Source of the DNA: Nitrospirales bacterium
GTDB lineage: Bacteria; Nitrospirota; Nitrospiria; Nitrospirales; UBA8639
DNA: 64,000 nt
Direction: 5' to 3'
Assembly (NCBI GenBank): GCA_963555755.3
Contig: OY820905.2
Coordinates: 2,816,001 to 2,880,000 of the forward strand
Shown: one piece after another, positions 19,524 through 31,224 of the stretch
Position numbering within the stretch: position 1 is the first letter of the stretch
How the letters are laid out: the number at the start of each line of letters is the position of its first letter
Made by a program: the position numbers and the translations under genes
Notes under the pieces: generated by a model
What the model saw: only the letters and a program-made list of their open reading frames with translations
Databases searched by the model: none
What the model was told of the DNA's origin: nothing

Positions 19524-20613
19524 TGGGATAAAAAGGCAGGGCTTGAACGATGGCTGTGTCGCGCTGAGGGTCATTTGCGACAGTGAGTTCAGTGTTTGGG
19601 GCGGTAAAATCTCTCAGAGGAAATGCCAAGGCAATGATTTTGTTTAGCGTGGGAGAGTGAGTGGCGCTACTGATCCAGCCAACTTCCCGATCGCCGCTGA
19701 AGATCTTTGTGCCAGGATCGGGAACATGCCCTTCGGGCGAATCAATCACTAACCCTACCAGTCTGCGTTTCACAGCTCCATAGGTGTCCATCCGCGCGAC
19801 GACTTCCTGCCCGGGATAGCACCCTTTCGTTAAGCTAAAGGCTTTGCCTACCAGGTTAGCTTCCGGTGGAACGATGTGTTCATTCAATTCAGGCCCGAGT
19901 TTGGGAATGCCAGCTTCGATGCGAAGGGTTTCCCTTGCTTGAGTACCAAAGGCACGAAGGCCAATGGGTTCTCCAGCTTTCCATAATTGTTCCCACACCT
20001 GTGGAAGGGTTTCAGCGGGAGCGAATAGTTCGAAGTCATGTTCGCCGGTTTCTTCAGTCCTGGCGATGAGTAGTTGATGGCTATTGAAGTCGTGACTCAG
20101 AAAAGAGTGGGTCTTGAGATTCGAGACATCGACCCCAAAAGTTTTTTGAATCAACTGTGGAGCTTCCGGTCCACTTACCAACAGCATCCCCCATCCCTCG
20201 CTGCAATTTTTCATTTTCGCTTTGGTGCCATAGAGCAAAAATTTTCTGAAGGTTTGGAAGGTGGTATCCCCGACCTCACCTGTGTCTTCGACCAAGAGAA
20301 ATTCTTCAAGCTTGTATACGCGGAAATAACTCAGGATCTTTCCTTTGTGCGACATGAAGCTTGAATAAATCCATTGTCCGGTCTGTAGCGGGAGGATGTC
20401 ATTGCTAATGATGCTTTGCAGCCAGGTTACTCGATCGTCACCGGTGACTTGGAGTAAACCGCGATGGGGGAGATCAGCCACGCCTACGCCTTGGCGGACC
20501 GCAAGATGTTCGGCCACAGGGTCGCCATAGTGTGCTGGCATTTCCCAGTCTCCGGCAGGCTCAAACTGTGCGCCAATCGATTCATGCTGTGAATGAAGGG
20601 GCGAGTGTTTCAT
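19507..20613 (-). CDS. ygfZ: Folate-binding YgfZ/GcvT-like protein
   Basis: KGCYPGQE motif, LRIEAGIP, GcvT-like N-terminus. Confidence 0.85.
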   Translation of the reverse strand: MKHSPLHSQHESIGAQFEPAGDWEMPAHYGDPVAEHLAVRQGVGVADLPHRGLLQVTGDDRVTWLQSIISNDILPLQTGQWIYSSFMSHKGKILSYFRVYKLEEFLLVEDTGEVGDTTFQTFRKFLLYGTKAKMKNCSEGWGMLLVSGPEAPQLIQKTFGVDVSNLKTHSFLSHDFNSHQLLIARTEETGEHDFELFAPAETLPQVWEQLWKAGEPIGLRAFGTQARETLRIEAGIPKLGPELNEHIVPPEANLVGKAFSLTKGCYPGQEVVARMDTYGAVKRRLVGLVIDSPEGHVPDPGTKIFSGDREVGWISSATHSPTLNKIIALAFPLRDFTAPNTELTVANDPQRDTAIVQALPFYPICLPI

Positions 20614-20993
20614 GACGAGGCTTGGTTGGTCACTTCTTCGAGTAGCGCCAGCGTTCGCGAAGAAAATTCGTTCCGCGAGACAATCTTATCGATGCCCAAC
20701 TCTTTTGCCTTGCGCCAGGTATCGACTTCTTCGTGATTGGCAAATGCGAGAACGGGAATGCGCTTCAATTCTTGGTCTTGTTTCAATGTTTGCAGCGCTT
20801 GGACACCATTCAATGAGTCATCATTCATATTGATGACAATGGCGACGGGCTGAAGCGATTTTGCTTTTTCCTCAATGTCCGCCTCTGATTTCAATCGTTT
20901 GAGCGTGTAGCCGGCTGGCTTAAAGGCATCACGAATTTTTGTATAAAAAAATATATCACTCACGGCGACAAGAACGGTTTTCGTGGTTTCCAT
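20610..20993 (-). CDS. Stand-alone atypical receiver-domain protein
   Basis: CheY-like pattern; IVINMND where the phosphoacceptor Asp is expected. Confidence 0.7.
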   Translation of the reverse strand: METTKTVLVAVSDIFFYTKIRDAFKPAGYTLKRLKSEADIEEKAKSLQPVAIVINMNDDSLNGVQALQTLKQDQELKRIPVLAFANHEEVDTWRKAKELGIDKIVSRNEFSSRTLALLEEVTNQASS

Positions 20994-21034
20994 GATTTAA
21001 CCTGCTGGGAAATTTAATAGGAAATAGTTGGAGC

Positions 21035-21550
21035 TTAGTTCATGAGCGTGATCAGCCGCATCATGGCACGCCTTGCTGCCTCGTACTGGGGGTTTAAGGT
21101 GAACGCGGTTTTGTACGAGTCAATCGCACGATCCCAATCACCTTTTTTCTCATAGATTCGCCCCAGATTCATATGTGGAAAGGCTGGACTTTCATAGCGT
21201 TTGGCTTCGCTAGCCTTTTCCAGCCAGGGGATAGCCTCGTCAAGCTGGTCAAGTTCGATGAAGTATGCGCCAATATCATTGTAGGGGTTGCCGAAATCAG
21301 GATCAGTTTGAATCGCGCGGTGACATTCTTCAATCGCCTCATGCAGTTGTCCCATGAAACTGTAGGTCCAACCTAAAAATGTATAGGCCTCTGCGGTGGG
21401 GAATGTGTCGATCGAGTTCTGGTATAACTTCAATGCTTCTTCCAGGCTTCCCTTCATCTGACATTCATAGGCTTGCTGGAATAAATTCCATGCAGCCATT
21501 TTATCTTCCTGGAGCCCTTCTCCTTGTTGTACGAAATCTTGTATATCCAT
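21035..21550 (-). CDS. Tetratricopeptide repeat protein
   Basis: Repeated TPR motifs (AYTFLG, PYNDIG, PHMNLG). Confidence 0.9.
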   Translation of the reverse strand: MDIQDFVQQGEGLQEDKMAAWNLFQQAYECQMKGSLEEALKLYQNSIDTFPTAEAYTFLGWTYSFMGQLHEAIEECHRAIQTDPDFGNPYNDIGAYFIELDQLDEAIPWLEKASEAKRYESPAFPHMNLGRIYEKKGDWDRAIDSYKTAFTLNPQYEAARRAMMRLITLMN

Positions 21551-21586
21551 CACGCTCGTTCGAGTACGGTATCGTAGGAACCGAAC

Positions 21587-22387
21587 TCATTCTCCTTTTA
21601 ATTTTCGATGAACCAATTCAGCTGCACGACGGCCGGATAACAGCATCGACCCAAAGGCCGGTCCCATGCGTGGAGATCCATCGACTGCGGCAACTGCCAA
21701 ACCCGTGACAAAACAGTTTGGAAACACCTCACGGGTATTTTCTACTACCATTGCTTCGGAGCGTGCAACCCACATGGCCCCGTTTCCTGGAACAGTTTGA
21801 TATAAACCACGCTTGTTCAGCAATGCGACAATTACCGCATCGTGGCCAGTGGCATCCACGACGATTTTTGACTCTAGGGCAATAGGGTCAACATGGATTT
21901 TGTCATGCCCGGCCATTTCCGCGGTCGTGCTATTGACCACGACCCCTTCGAGCACACCCTCCCCTCGCAGAATAAGGTCTACAACCATTGTGAGGTTCAT
22001 GACTTTAGCTCCAGCTTCGTAGGCCGAGGCAATCAATCGGGCGGTGGCATGAGGAGGATCAACGATGGTCATACCCGCACATTCTTTGATGGGTTTGCAC
22101 GGAACACCCATGCTTTCAAGAATCTCATTGGCGGGTTCGCACACGGTAGCTTTGTTCATGAGGTAGCCGCCAGACCAAAAGCCACCTCCCAGGGCCAGAC
22201 TCTGTTCGATGAGAAGGGTGCGAACGCCTTTCGACGCTAAATCATGAGCGCAAAGGAGACCAGACGGTCCGCCTCCAACAATGATGACGTCGCTTTCGAT
22301 GAGTTGGTCGAATTCTTTATAATATTCCCGCGCAATGTGGCGAGTGACGTCTCGTTCACGAAGCGGGGTTGGTTGAAGATTTTCCAT
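21587..22387 (-). CDS. thi4: Thi4-type thiazole synthase (sulfide-dependent, non-Cys)
   Basis: GGGPSGL, GGGFWSGG, HVDP, DATGHD, RMGPAFGSMLLSG. Confidence 0.92.
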   Translation of the reverse strand: MENLQPTPLRERDVTRHIAREYYKEFDQLIESDVIIVGGGPSGLLCAHDLASKGVRTLLIEQSLALGGGFWSGGYLMNKATVCEPANEILESMGVPCKPIKECAGMTIVDPPHATARLIASAYEAGAKVMNLTMVVDLILRGEGVLEGVVVNSTTAEMAGHDKIHVDPIALESKIVVDATGHDAVIVALLNKRGLYQTVPGNGAMWVARSEAMVVENTREVFPNCFVTGLAVAAVDGSPRMGPAFGSMLLSGRRAAELVHRKLKGE

Positions 22388-22396
22388 GATGAACCT

Positions 22397-24457
<2,061 letters not shown>

Positions 24458-24600
24458 TCTCTCGTGCTTGAATATCCAGTGAATGAGTTATGTTAGTATG
24501 CGCCATTGAGAATTTGGAATTATGCCACAGTCCTCATCTATGAACTTAAGCAGGTGGTATAGGCTGCCGGTTATAGGTGTTGAGGTCACAATGTGGCCCA

Positions 24601-24632
24601 TAAAAAAAGCCGCCCCGGGAGGGAACGGCTTG
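24601..24632 (-). terminator. Riboswitch expression-platform terminator
   Basis: Minus strand AAGCCGTTCCCTCCCGGGGCGGCTTTTTTT. Confidence 0.8.
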
Positions 24633-24655
24633 CTAGAAGAAGTCTCTATTCATCT

Positions 24656-24740
24656 CCGCTTCCCTACGCTGGTATGATCCAGATCAGGTGGTAAGGGTTG
24701 TCTTTCTCGAAGACTCTCAGCCGCGGGGCTCCCCTAGCTG
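24656..24740 (-). promoter_or_regulatory. TPP riboswitch
   Basis: Minus strand GGGGAGCC...CTGAGA...ACCCTTACCACCTGATCTGGATCATACCAGCGTAGGGAA, upstream of thiC. Confidence 0.95.
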
Positions 24741-24754
24741 TTTATTAAGAGGGA

Positions 24755-24783
24755 ATGGTACGCTTCGCCCCGATCCGTGTCAA
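24755..24783 (-). promoter_or_regulatory. Sigma70 promoter of the thi operon
   Basis: TTGACA-N17-TACCAT just upstream of the riboswitch. Confidence 0.75.
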
Positions 24784-24920
24784 TCGGCTTGTTGGCGGAA
24801 AGGAGTCTCATCAGTCACGAACTATACCTTCCAGACTCATCAATGTACAAGGTGGGACTGTTGAATATTTCACTCCATTGACAATACATACCCCCGTTGA
24901 GAAGAACATTGTTAGCGGAA

Positions 24921-25126
24921 GGGAATGTTCAAAAAAGCATGCCCTGAGTCTTTCCGAAGGGTCCGTCCAGCAAGGCCGCAGCCATTTTGACGCGCGGAGC
25001 GTACATGGAATACGTGAGCACGGCAAAATGGCGACATGCCTGCGCGAAGCCGCTTCGGCAGGCATGGAACCGCTGGCTTGTCAGCCGTAGCCTTGGCGAA
25101 GGCTGGCGGCTTTTTTCAACATTCCC
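24921..25126 (+). repeat. Composite family A element with three inserted REP-like hairpins
   Basis: A TIRs and core, plus CATGCCCTGAG..CGAAGGG, CATGCCTGC..GCAGGCATG and CTTGTCAGCCGTAGCCTTGGCGAAGGCTG. Confidence 0.8.
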
Positions 25127-25300
25127 AAGGTGGGTATTTCAGACTTGTGGGTACAAAAATGAATCGTGCACCTTATTGGCTGTTGAAAAATTAAGAAATT
25201 TGCTACAATTATTAACTTTAGCTCCCGATTACCCCAGATCAATGGGGTAGAAAGTCGTTGGGGCCATGCCCAATCGTTCAATTTTACTAAAGGTGATGGT

Positions 25301-26404
25301 GTGAATTCACTCCAGGCGATCGAGTTGCCTATATCAGATTATGAAGGTCTGAGCGACGAGGAATTGTTTGAGCGGATCGTTGTGGCCAAGAAAGCCCTAG
25401 GGGATCAGGTCCTCACGCTGGGGCACAACTATCAGCGTGATGAAGTAATCGTCCACGCCGACCTTCGGGGCGATTCGTTGTTGTTATCCAAAATAGCTGC
25501 GGAGCGATCCGAGCATCCCTACGTAGTTTTTTGCGGTGTCCACTTCATGGCGGAAACTGCGGATATTTTGAGCCGAACGAAACAAACCGTTATCTTACCC
25601 GATTTGAACGCTGGTTGCTCTATGGCGGATATGGCGGCGATTGAACAGGTGGATCAATGCTGGGAAGAATTAGGTCGCGTGCTCTCAGTCGAAGATGAGG
25701 TCATGCCAGCGGTGTACGTCAATTCTGCGGCTGTGCTCAAGGCGTTTTGTGGAGAGCATGGCGGCATCACCTGTACATCGTCCAATGCCAAGGCAGTGAT
25801 GGAGTGGGGTTGGGCGCGAAGAGAAAAAATTCTCTTCTTTCCCGATGAGCATCTGGGCCGCAATGTGGCTAACAAAATGGGAATTCCCCGAGAGCAGATG
25901 ATAGTCTGGGATCCGTTTTTGCCGGATGGCGGGAATACCAAAGAGGCGATTCGCAAGGCCCGACTCATTTTATGGAAAGGCCATTGCAGCGTCCATCAAA
26001 TGTTTCAGCCCGCGCACGTTGCCTATTTCAGGAAGACCTATCCGGGTCTTCAGGTGATTGTGCATCCGGAATGCCATGAAAATGTGGTGAATCAAGCGGA
26101 TCTCGTCGGCTCTACTGAGTTTATTATTCGAACGGTGAAACAGGCGAAACCCGGAACGAAGTGGGCCGTGGGTACGGAATTGAATTTGGTAAATCGGCTC
26201 AAACACGAAGAGGTGGACAAGCAGGTGTTTTTCTTGTCATCAGTTGTCTGCCGATGCGCCACCATGTATCGGATCGATGCGTCGCACTTGTGTTGGTGCA
26301 TGGAGAATTTAGCCCAAGGTACGGTCGTGAATCAAATTTCTGTTCCTGATGATGACAAGGCCATGGCTCGAATGGCGCTTGATCGAATGATGGCCGTCAG
26401 CTAA
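25301..26404 (+). CDS. nadA: Quinolinate synthase
   Basis: GHNYQ, FCGVHFMAE, GCSMAD, YVNS, HPEC. Confidence 0.95.
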   Translation: MNSLQAIELPISDYEGLSDEELFERIVVAKKALGDQVLTLGHNYQRDEVIVHADLRGDSLLLSKIAAERSEHPYVVFCGVHFMAETADILSRTKQTVILPDLNAGCSMADMAAIEQVDQCWEELGRVLSVEDEVMPAVYVNSAAVLKAFCGEHGGITCTSSNAKAVMEWGWARREKILFFPDEHLGRNVANKMGIPREQMIVWDPFLPDGGNTKEAIRKARLILWKGHCSVHQMFQPAHVAYFRKTYPGLQVIVHPECHENVVNQADLVGSTEFIIRTVKQAKPGTKWAVGTELNLVNRLKHEEVDKQVFFLSSVVCRCATMYRIDASHLCWCMENLAQGTVVNQISVPDDDKAMARMALDRMMAVS

Positions 26405-26433
26405 CCACTATGGATATCTCTCGTCGCATTTAA

Positions 26434-26590
26434 GGGTTCGCGCAACAATAACTTCCTATGCTTGGGTGTTGAGGCGCCTGTCTGGGAAGGCGCGAGGACT
26501 GCGCATACTCCTCGTATGGAAAGGACGAGCAACGCGGCCATACAGGATGGATCGGCGCCCAAGCATAGGAAGTTATTGTTGCGCGAACCC
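26434..26590 (+). mobile_element. MITE family B
   Basis: TIR GGGTTCGCGCAACAATAACTTCCTATGCTTGGG, with TAA on both flanks. Confidence 0.85.
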
Positions 26591-26630
26591 TAATATCCCG
26601 CCCTTTTTCAGTATCCAGACTGTGTGAACC

Positions 26631-29483
26631 ATGGACTATAAATCTACTCTCAATTTGCCCAAAACTGATTTCCCGATGAAGGGAAATTTGCCGCAACGCG
26701 AGCCGGAGTTTTTAGCGCGTTGGGCTGAGCAGCAGCTCTATCAACGCATCCAGGATTCCCGTGCCGGGAAGCCATTGTATATTCTCCACGATGGACCTCC
26801 CTACGCCAATGGCCACATTCACATCGGCCATGCGCTGAATAAAATTCTCAAAGACATCATTGTGAAATCACGAACCATGGAAGGTTTTCACGTTCCGTAT
26901 ATTCCCGGGTGGGATTGTCATGGGTTGCCCATTGAGCATCAGGTAACCAAGCAGCTTGGCGCCAAGAAAAAAGGTCTGACGGCCACGCAGATTCGACAGT
27001 TGTGCCGCGAGTACGCGGAAAAGTTTTATACTATCCAGCGTGAAGAATTTCAGCGGCTGGGCGTGTTTGGAAATTGGGCGCACCCCTATCTCACGATGAG
27101 CCGAGAGTATGAAGCGACCATTGTTCGTGAATTCGGAAAGTTCGTGGAAAAGGGGGGGGTGTACAAAGGCCTCAAACCGGTGTTGTGGTGCACGCAAGAC
27201 CAAACCGCGTTGGCTGAGGCGGAGGTGGAATATGAAGACCACATCTCGCCATCGATCTACGTCAAATTTCCCTTTCAGGTCAATCCGCAAAAACGATTTG
27301 GCATTGCCGATCTTATGGACGTTGAGAAGGTATCGATGGTCATTTGGACCACGACGCCATGGACCCTGCCAGCCAACCAAGCACTCGCACTGCATCCCGA
27401 CATTGATTATGCCTTTGTACGAGTCGGTGATGAGGTTCTGGTGATTGCTGAAAAGTTGGTCGAGGATGTGGCCAAAGCCTGCGAGTTATCTGACCCCAAC
27501 ATTCTTGGTGTGAAAAAAGGGAAAGATGGATTCGAAGGGCTGGTGTGTGGCCGTCCATTAACCGAAGGCCTATCTCCAATTCTCCTTGGAGACTTTGTCA
27601 CCTTGGAGCAGGGCACGGGCTGTGTGCATATTGCCCCGGGCCATGGCATGGATGACTATCTTCTTACCTTGAAATATAACGCCAATGCCTCAAGCCATGT
27701 CCTTACGGACCCACTTCAAGTCGTCGTGCCGGTGGATGATCGTGGTTGTTTTACGAACGAGTTCGAAGCCTTTGCCGGCCAACATGTGCTGAAGGCCAAC
27801 CCAGAGATTGTGGAAAAGCTACAAAGCCTTGATGTGTTGTTGGGTCATGGAACACTCAATCATTCCTATCCACATTGTTGGCGTTGCAAAAAACCCGTGA
27901 TTTTTCGTGCCACTCAACAATGGTTCGTGTCCATGGAAAAGGGGCAATTACGGGAACGAGCGCTGAGGGAAATCGACAATGTGCAATGGATTCCAGCGCG
28001 GGGCCGCGAACGCATCTATGGCATGATCGGCAATCGCCCTGATTGGTGTTTGTCTCGTCAACGAATTTGGGGAACCCCCATCCCCGGGTTTACCTGCGGG
28101 AAATGCTCGGCCACGTTAGCGGATCCAAAGATCATTGCGCATATTGCGGACTTGGTGAGTGAGCACGGCGCGGATGTCTGGTTCGAGCGGTCGGTTGCGG
28201 AGCTTCTTCCAACGGGCATGGCTTGTTCAGAATGCGGGGGAAAAGAATTCAAAAAAGAACAAGATATTTTAGACGTCTGGTTTGAATCCGGTGTGAGTCA
28301 TGCTGCGGTGGTCAAACCGCAAGGTGAAGGGTGGTGGCCTGCCGATTTATACCTCGAAGGCTCAGATCAACATCGTGGGTGGTTTCATAGCGCCTTGTTG
28401 TCTTCGGTGACGACAGATGGGTCTGCACCATATCGCGCGGTGCTCACGCATGGTTTTGTGTTGGATGGGCAAGGTAAAAAGATGTCCAAGTCCGCGGGCA
28501 ATGTGGTGGCCCCACAGGACGTGATCAAGCAAAACGGCGCGGAAATCCTTCGCCTCTGGGTAGCCGCCCAAGATTATCAAGAAGACCTGCGAATCTCCCC
28601 GCAAATCTTGAAGCAATTAATTGAGGGGTATCGAAAGATTCGAAACACCTGCCGGTATTTATTGAGCAACATTTATGATTACGATCCGTCCAATCCATCG
28701 CACCAAATTGAGATTGATCAATTGCCGGAATTAGATCGTTGGGCGCTGATGCGATTGAACAAGCTCATTCACAACGTGCGGCAGGGGTATGAAGAATTTG
28801 ATTTTCGTCAAATCGTCCATGAACTGGATTATTTTTGTTCAGTGGATATGAGTGCGACGTATTTCGATATTTTGAAAGACCGGATGTACACCTTTCCGAA
28901 AAATTCTCCGCTGCGTCGCGGTTCGCAAATGGTGCTGTACACAATCGTGACAAGTTTAGCTCAACTCATGGCCCCGATCTTGAGTTTCACCGCCGAAGAT
29001 ATCTGGGATGTGCTTCCGGGGAAGAACACGGACCAAGAAGCCAAGCCCAGCGTCCATTTAGAAACATTCCCCGACGTGGTGCCCATCAAAGATCAAGAAG
29101 CGTTAGAAACCCAATGGAAAGAATTGTTGGCCATTCGCACCTTGGTGCTGAGTGCGCTAGAACAACAGCGTCGGGAAAAAGTGATTGGCTCATCCTTAGA
29201 AGCTCAAGTGGTCCTACATGCTTCCCCCGATCGCGCTCGCTTCTTGAAGCGGTATGAACAGGATCTGCCCACATTGTTTATTGTGTCACAAGTGACGGTG
29301 GAGGAAGTCGAAACGATTTCGGCCGATGGTCACTTGGCTGTGGATTCTTCCTTAGGCGTCAGTGTAAACGTCACCAAAGCCGATGGCGAGAAATGCGAGC
29401 GGTGCTGGAATTATCGCCCAACCGTTGGGGTTCACTCTGAACATCCGACATTGTGCGACCGTTGCATTGAGGCTGTCTCGTGA
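26631..29483 (+). CDS. ileS: Isoleucyl-tRNA synthetase (type 1)
   Basis: HIGH, WTTTPWT, KMSKS, C-terminal CERC...CDRC zinc finger. Confidence 0.97.
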   Translation: MDYKSTLNLPKTDFPMKGNLPQREPEFLARWAEQQLYQRIQDSRAGKPLYILHDGPPYANGHIHIGHALNKILKDIIVKSRTMEGFHVPYIPGWDCHGLPIEHQVTKQLGAKKKGLTATQIRQLCREYAEKFYTIQREEFQRLGVFGNWAHPYLTMSREYEATIVREFGKFVEKGGVYKGLKPVLWCTQDQTALAEAEVEYEDHISPSIYVKFPFQVNPQKRFGIADLMDVEKVSMVIWTTTPWTLPANQALALHPDIDYAFVRVGDEVLVIAEKLVEDVAKACELSDPNILGVKKGKDGFEGLVCGRPLTEGLSPILLGDFVTLEQGTGCVHIAPGHGMDDYLLTLKYNANASSHVLTDPLQVVVPVDDRGCFTNEFEAFAGQHVLKANPEIVEKLQSLDVLLGHGTLNHSYPHCWRCKKPVIFRATQQWFVSMEKGQLRERALREIDNVQWIPARGRERIYGMIGNRPDWCLSRQRIWGTPIPGFTCGKCSATLADPKIIAHIADLVSEHGADVWFERSVAELLPTGMACSECGGKEFKKEQDILDVWFESGVSHAAVVKPQGEGWWPADLYLEGSDQHRGWFHSALLSSVTTDGSAPYRAVLTHGFVLDGQGKKMSKSAGNVVAPQDVIKQNGAEILRLWVAAQDYQEDLRISPQILKQLIEGYRKIRNTCRYLLSNIYDYDPSNPSHQIEIDQLPELDRWALMRLNKLIHNVRQGYEEFDFRQIVHELDYFCSVDMSATYFDILKDRMYTFPKNSPLRRGSQMVLYTIVTSLAQLMAPILSFTAEDIWDVLPGKNTDQEAKPSVHLETFPDVVPIKDQEALETQWKELLAIRTLVLSALEQQRREKVIGSSLEAQVVLHASPDRARFLKRYEQDLPTLFIVSQVTVEEVETISADGHLAVDSSLGVSVNVTKADGEKCERCWNYRPTVGVHSEHPTLCDRCIEAVS

Positions 29484-30010
29484 ATAATGGGAGGCGTCGG
29501 TATTTGTTGCTGGTGGGCGTGAGTTTGGTCCTGATCGCGTTGGATCAAATTACCAAAATGTTTGTCATGCACACCATGCATTTGCATGAATCGATTCCCG
29601 TTATTCCGGACTTTTTCAACCTAACGTACATTCGCAATCCCGGTGCCGCATTTGGCATCTTCGCATCCACGAACAGCGCCTTTCGACTCATCTTCTTCGT
29701 GAGTACCTCGATTTTCGCGCTGGGCTTACTGGGGACGATTTTTTACCGACTTCACGCCGACGACGTGTGGGGACAGTTAACGGTCTCCAGCATATTTGGC
29801 GGGGCCATCGGCAACCTCATCGATCGACTACGATACGGCGAAGTCGTCGACTTCCTCGATTTCCACATCAGCGGCTATCACTGGCCCGCCTTCAACGTCG
29901 CCGATAGCGCCATCAGCGTCGGCGTAGTCTCCCTCCTAATCATTTTCGCCCTAGAGAAAAAGAAAGAGGAACCACCATCCGAAACCGTGCCACAAGAAAA
30001 TCATCCGTGA
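29480..30010 (+). CDS. lspA: Lipoprotein signal peptidase
   Basis: DQITK, NPGAAFG, GNLIDR, VVDF, FNVAD. Confidence 0.95.
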   Translation: MNNGRRRYLLLVGVSLVLIALDQITKMFVMHTMHLHESIPVIPDFFNLTYIRNPGAAFGIFASTNSAFRLIFFVSTSIFALGLLGTIFYRLHADDVWGQLTVSSIFGGAIGNLIDRLRYGEVVDFLDFHISGYHWPAFNVADSAISVGVVSLLIIFALEKKKEEPPSETVPQENHP

Positions 30011-30174
30011 ATCGAAAATTAGTCTGTTCTAGTCAAGTCTAAGCCCATTTTTCTCTCCCTCTCTCTCTAATGTCTATACCCTGCGAATCCTTTTCCCGCT
30101 ATCATTAATCACTTGTCCTTGAATACTTAATGTTCGCGCGAGGCCATCAAGAATTGGTGACCATTTTTCAATTG

Positions 30175-30310
30175 CCCGGCACATCCGACTCTCAAACACC
30201 AAGAACGTCACCGCTTCCTGCCAGAGATCACCCTGCCTCGTCTTGGCTTTGTTGAGAGTCAAGCCCAATCGGGTGAGGACCCGACTAACTTCCTCCCCCG
30301 CCGCGTCGGG
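30175..30310 (-). pseudogene. Group II intron reverse transcriptase fragment
   Basis: LTRLGLTLNKAKTR...WQEAVTFL resembles RT domains 6-7 (LGLxLNxxKT...FxFLG). Confidence 0.55.
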
Positions 30311-30346
30311 TACATTTCCCCTTTTAATCTCACTCAAAACCCGTTA

Positions 30347-30503
30347 GGGTCCGTCACGCAATAACCGGGACAATTGGCCGAGACGATTGTGGAGCGAGCC
30401 AAGGAGCGAAGAGTACGCACACCGGGAGTATGAAAGCGATGAGCGACGCCGGCGCAGTCCAAAAGCAGCCGGCCAATGGTCCCGGTTATTTCGTGACGAA
30501 CCC
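30347..30503 (+). mobile_element. MITE related to family B (variant G)
   Basis: TIR GGGT(C/T)CGTCACG(C/A)AATAACCGGGAC, TTA/TAA flanks, CAAGG...GACGCCG core. Confidence 0.75.
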
Positions 30504-30562
30504 TAAGGTTGTTTCTCGGCACACGGGTTCCCAACGAAAACGCACAGGAGATGTCACGGCCT

Positions 30563-31189
30563 ATGAAAATCAATTCCGCCGAATTTGTTCAAAGTTGCGT
30601 AAAACCTGAACAATACCCACGTGAACGGTTGCCCGAGGTGGCGTTTGCGGGGCGATCCAATGTGGGAAAATCGTCCGCCATTAATTCGTTGTTGAATCGA
30701 AAAAAATTATCCAAAGTGAGCGTGACCCCAGGAAAGACACAGACGCTCAATTTTTTTCGAATCAAAATAGCGGATAAAGTCTTCCCACAAATGTATTTTG
30801 TGGATTTGCCAGGATACGGGTACGCGAAAGTGTCAAAGTCGGTTCGCGAGCAGTGGGGACCGATGATCGAACGTTATTTGTCCGGGCGGTCGCAATTGTT
30901 TGCGGTGGTACAATTGGTCGATTCTCGCGGAGTGGAAGCACATGATCTCACCACGTATCAATGGCTCACCCACATTGGCCACCAGCCGATTGTCGTGGCC
31001 ACGAAGGTCGACAAGCTCAATCGCAGTCAACGAAATCCCTGCCTGACGAAACTGTGCCAGTCGCTCCAATTATCGAGTGCTGACGAGGTGATTTTGTATT
31101 CCGCAAAAACCAATGAAGGCCGTCTGGAGCTCTGGAAAGCGCTGCGAAAACGAAGTGAAACGATTCAGGCTCACATGCAAGAGTTCTGA
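30563..31189 (+). CDS. engB: Ribosome biogenesis GTPase YihA/YsxC
   Basis: GRSNVGKSS, DLPGYG, TKVDK. Confidence 0.95.
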   Translation: MKINSAEFVQSCVKPEQYPRERLPEVAFAGRSNVGKSSAINSLLNRKKLSKVSVTPGKTQTLNFFRIKIADKVFPQMYFVDLPGYGYAKVSKSVREQWGPMIERYLSGRSQLFAVVQLVDSRGVEAHDLTTYQWLTHIGHQPIVVATKVDKLNRSQRNPCLTKLCQSLQLSSADEVILYSAKTNEGRLELWKALRKRSETIQAHMQEF

Positions 31190-31224
31190 AAGGGTAAGGA
31201 GAATGAGCGTTATTCAATGTGCCG

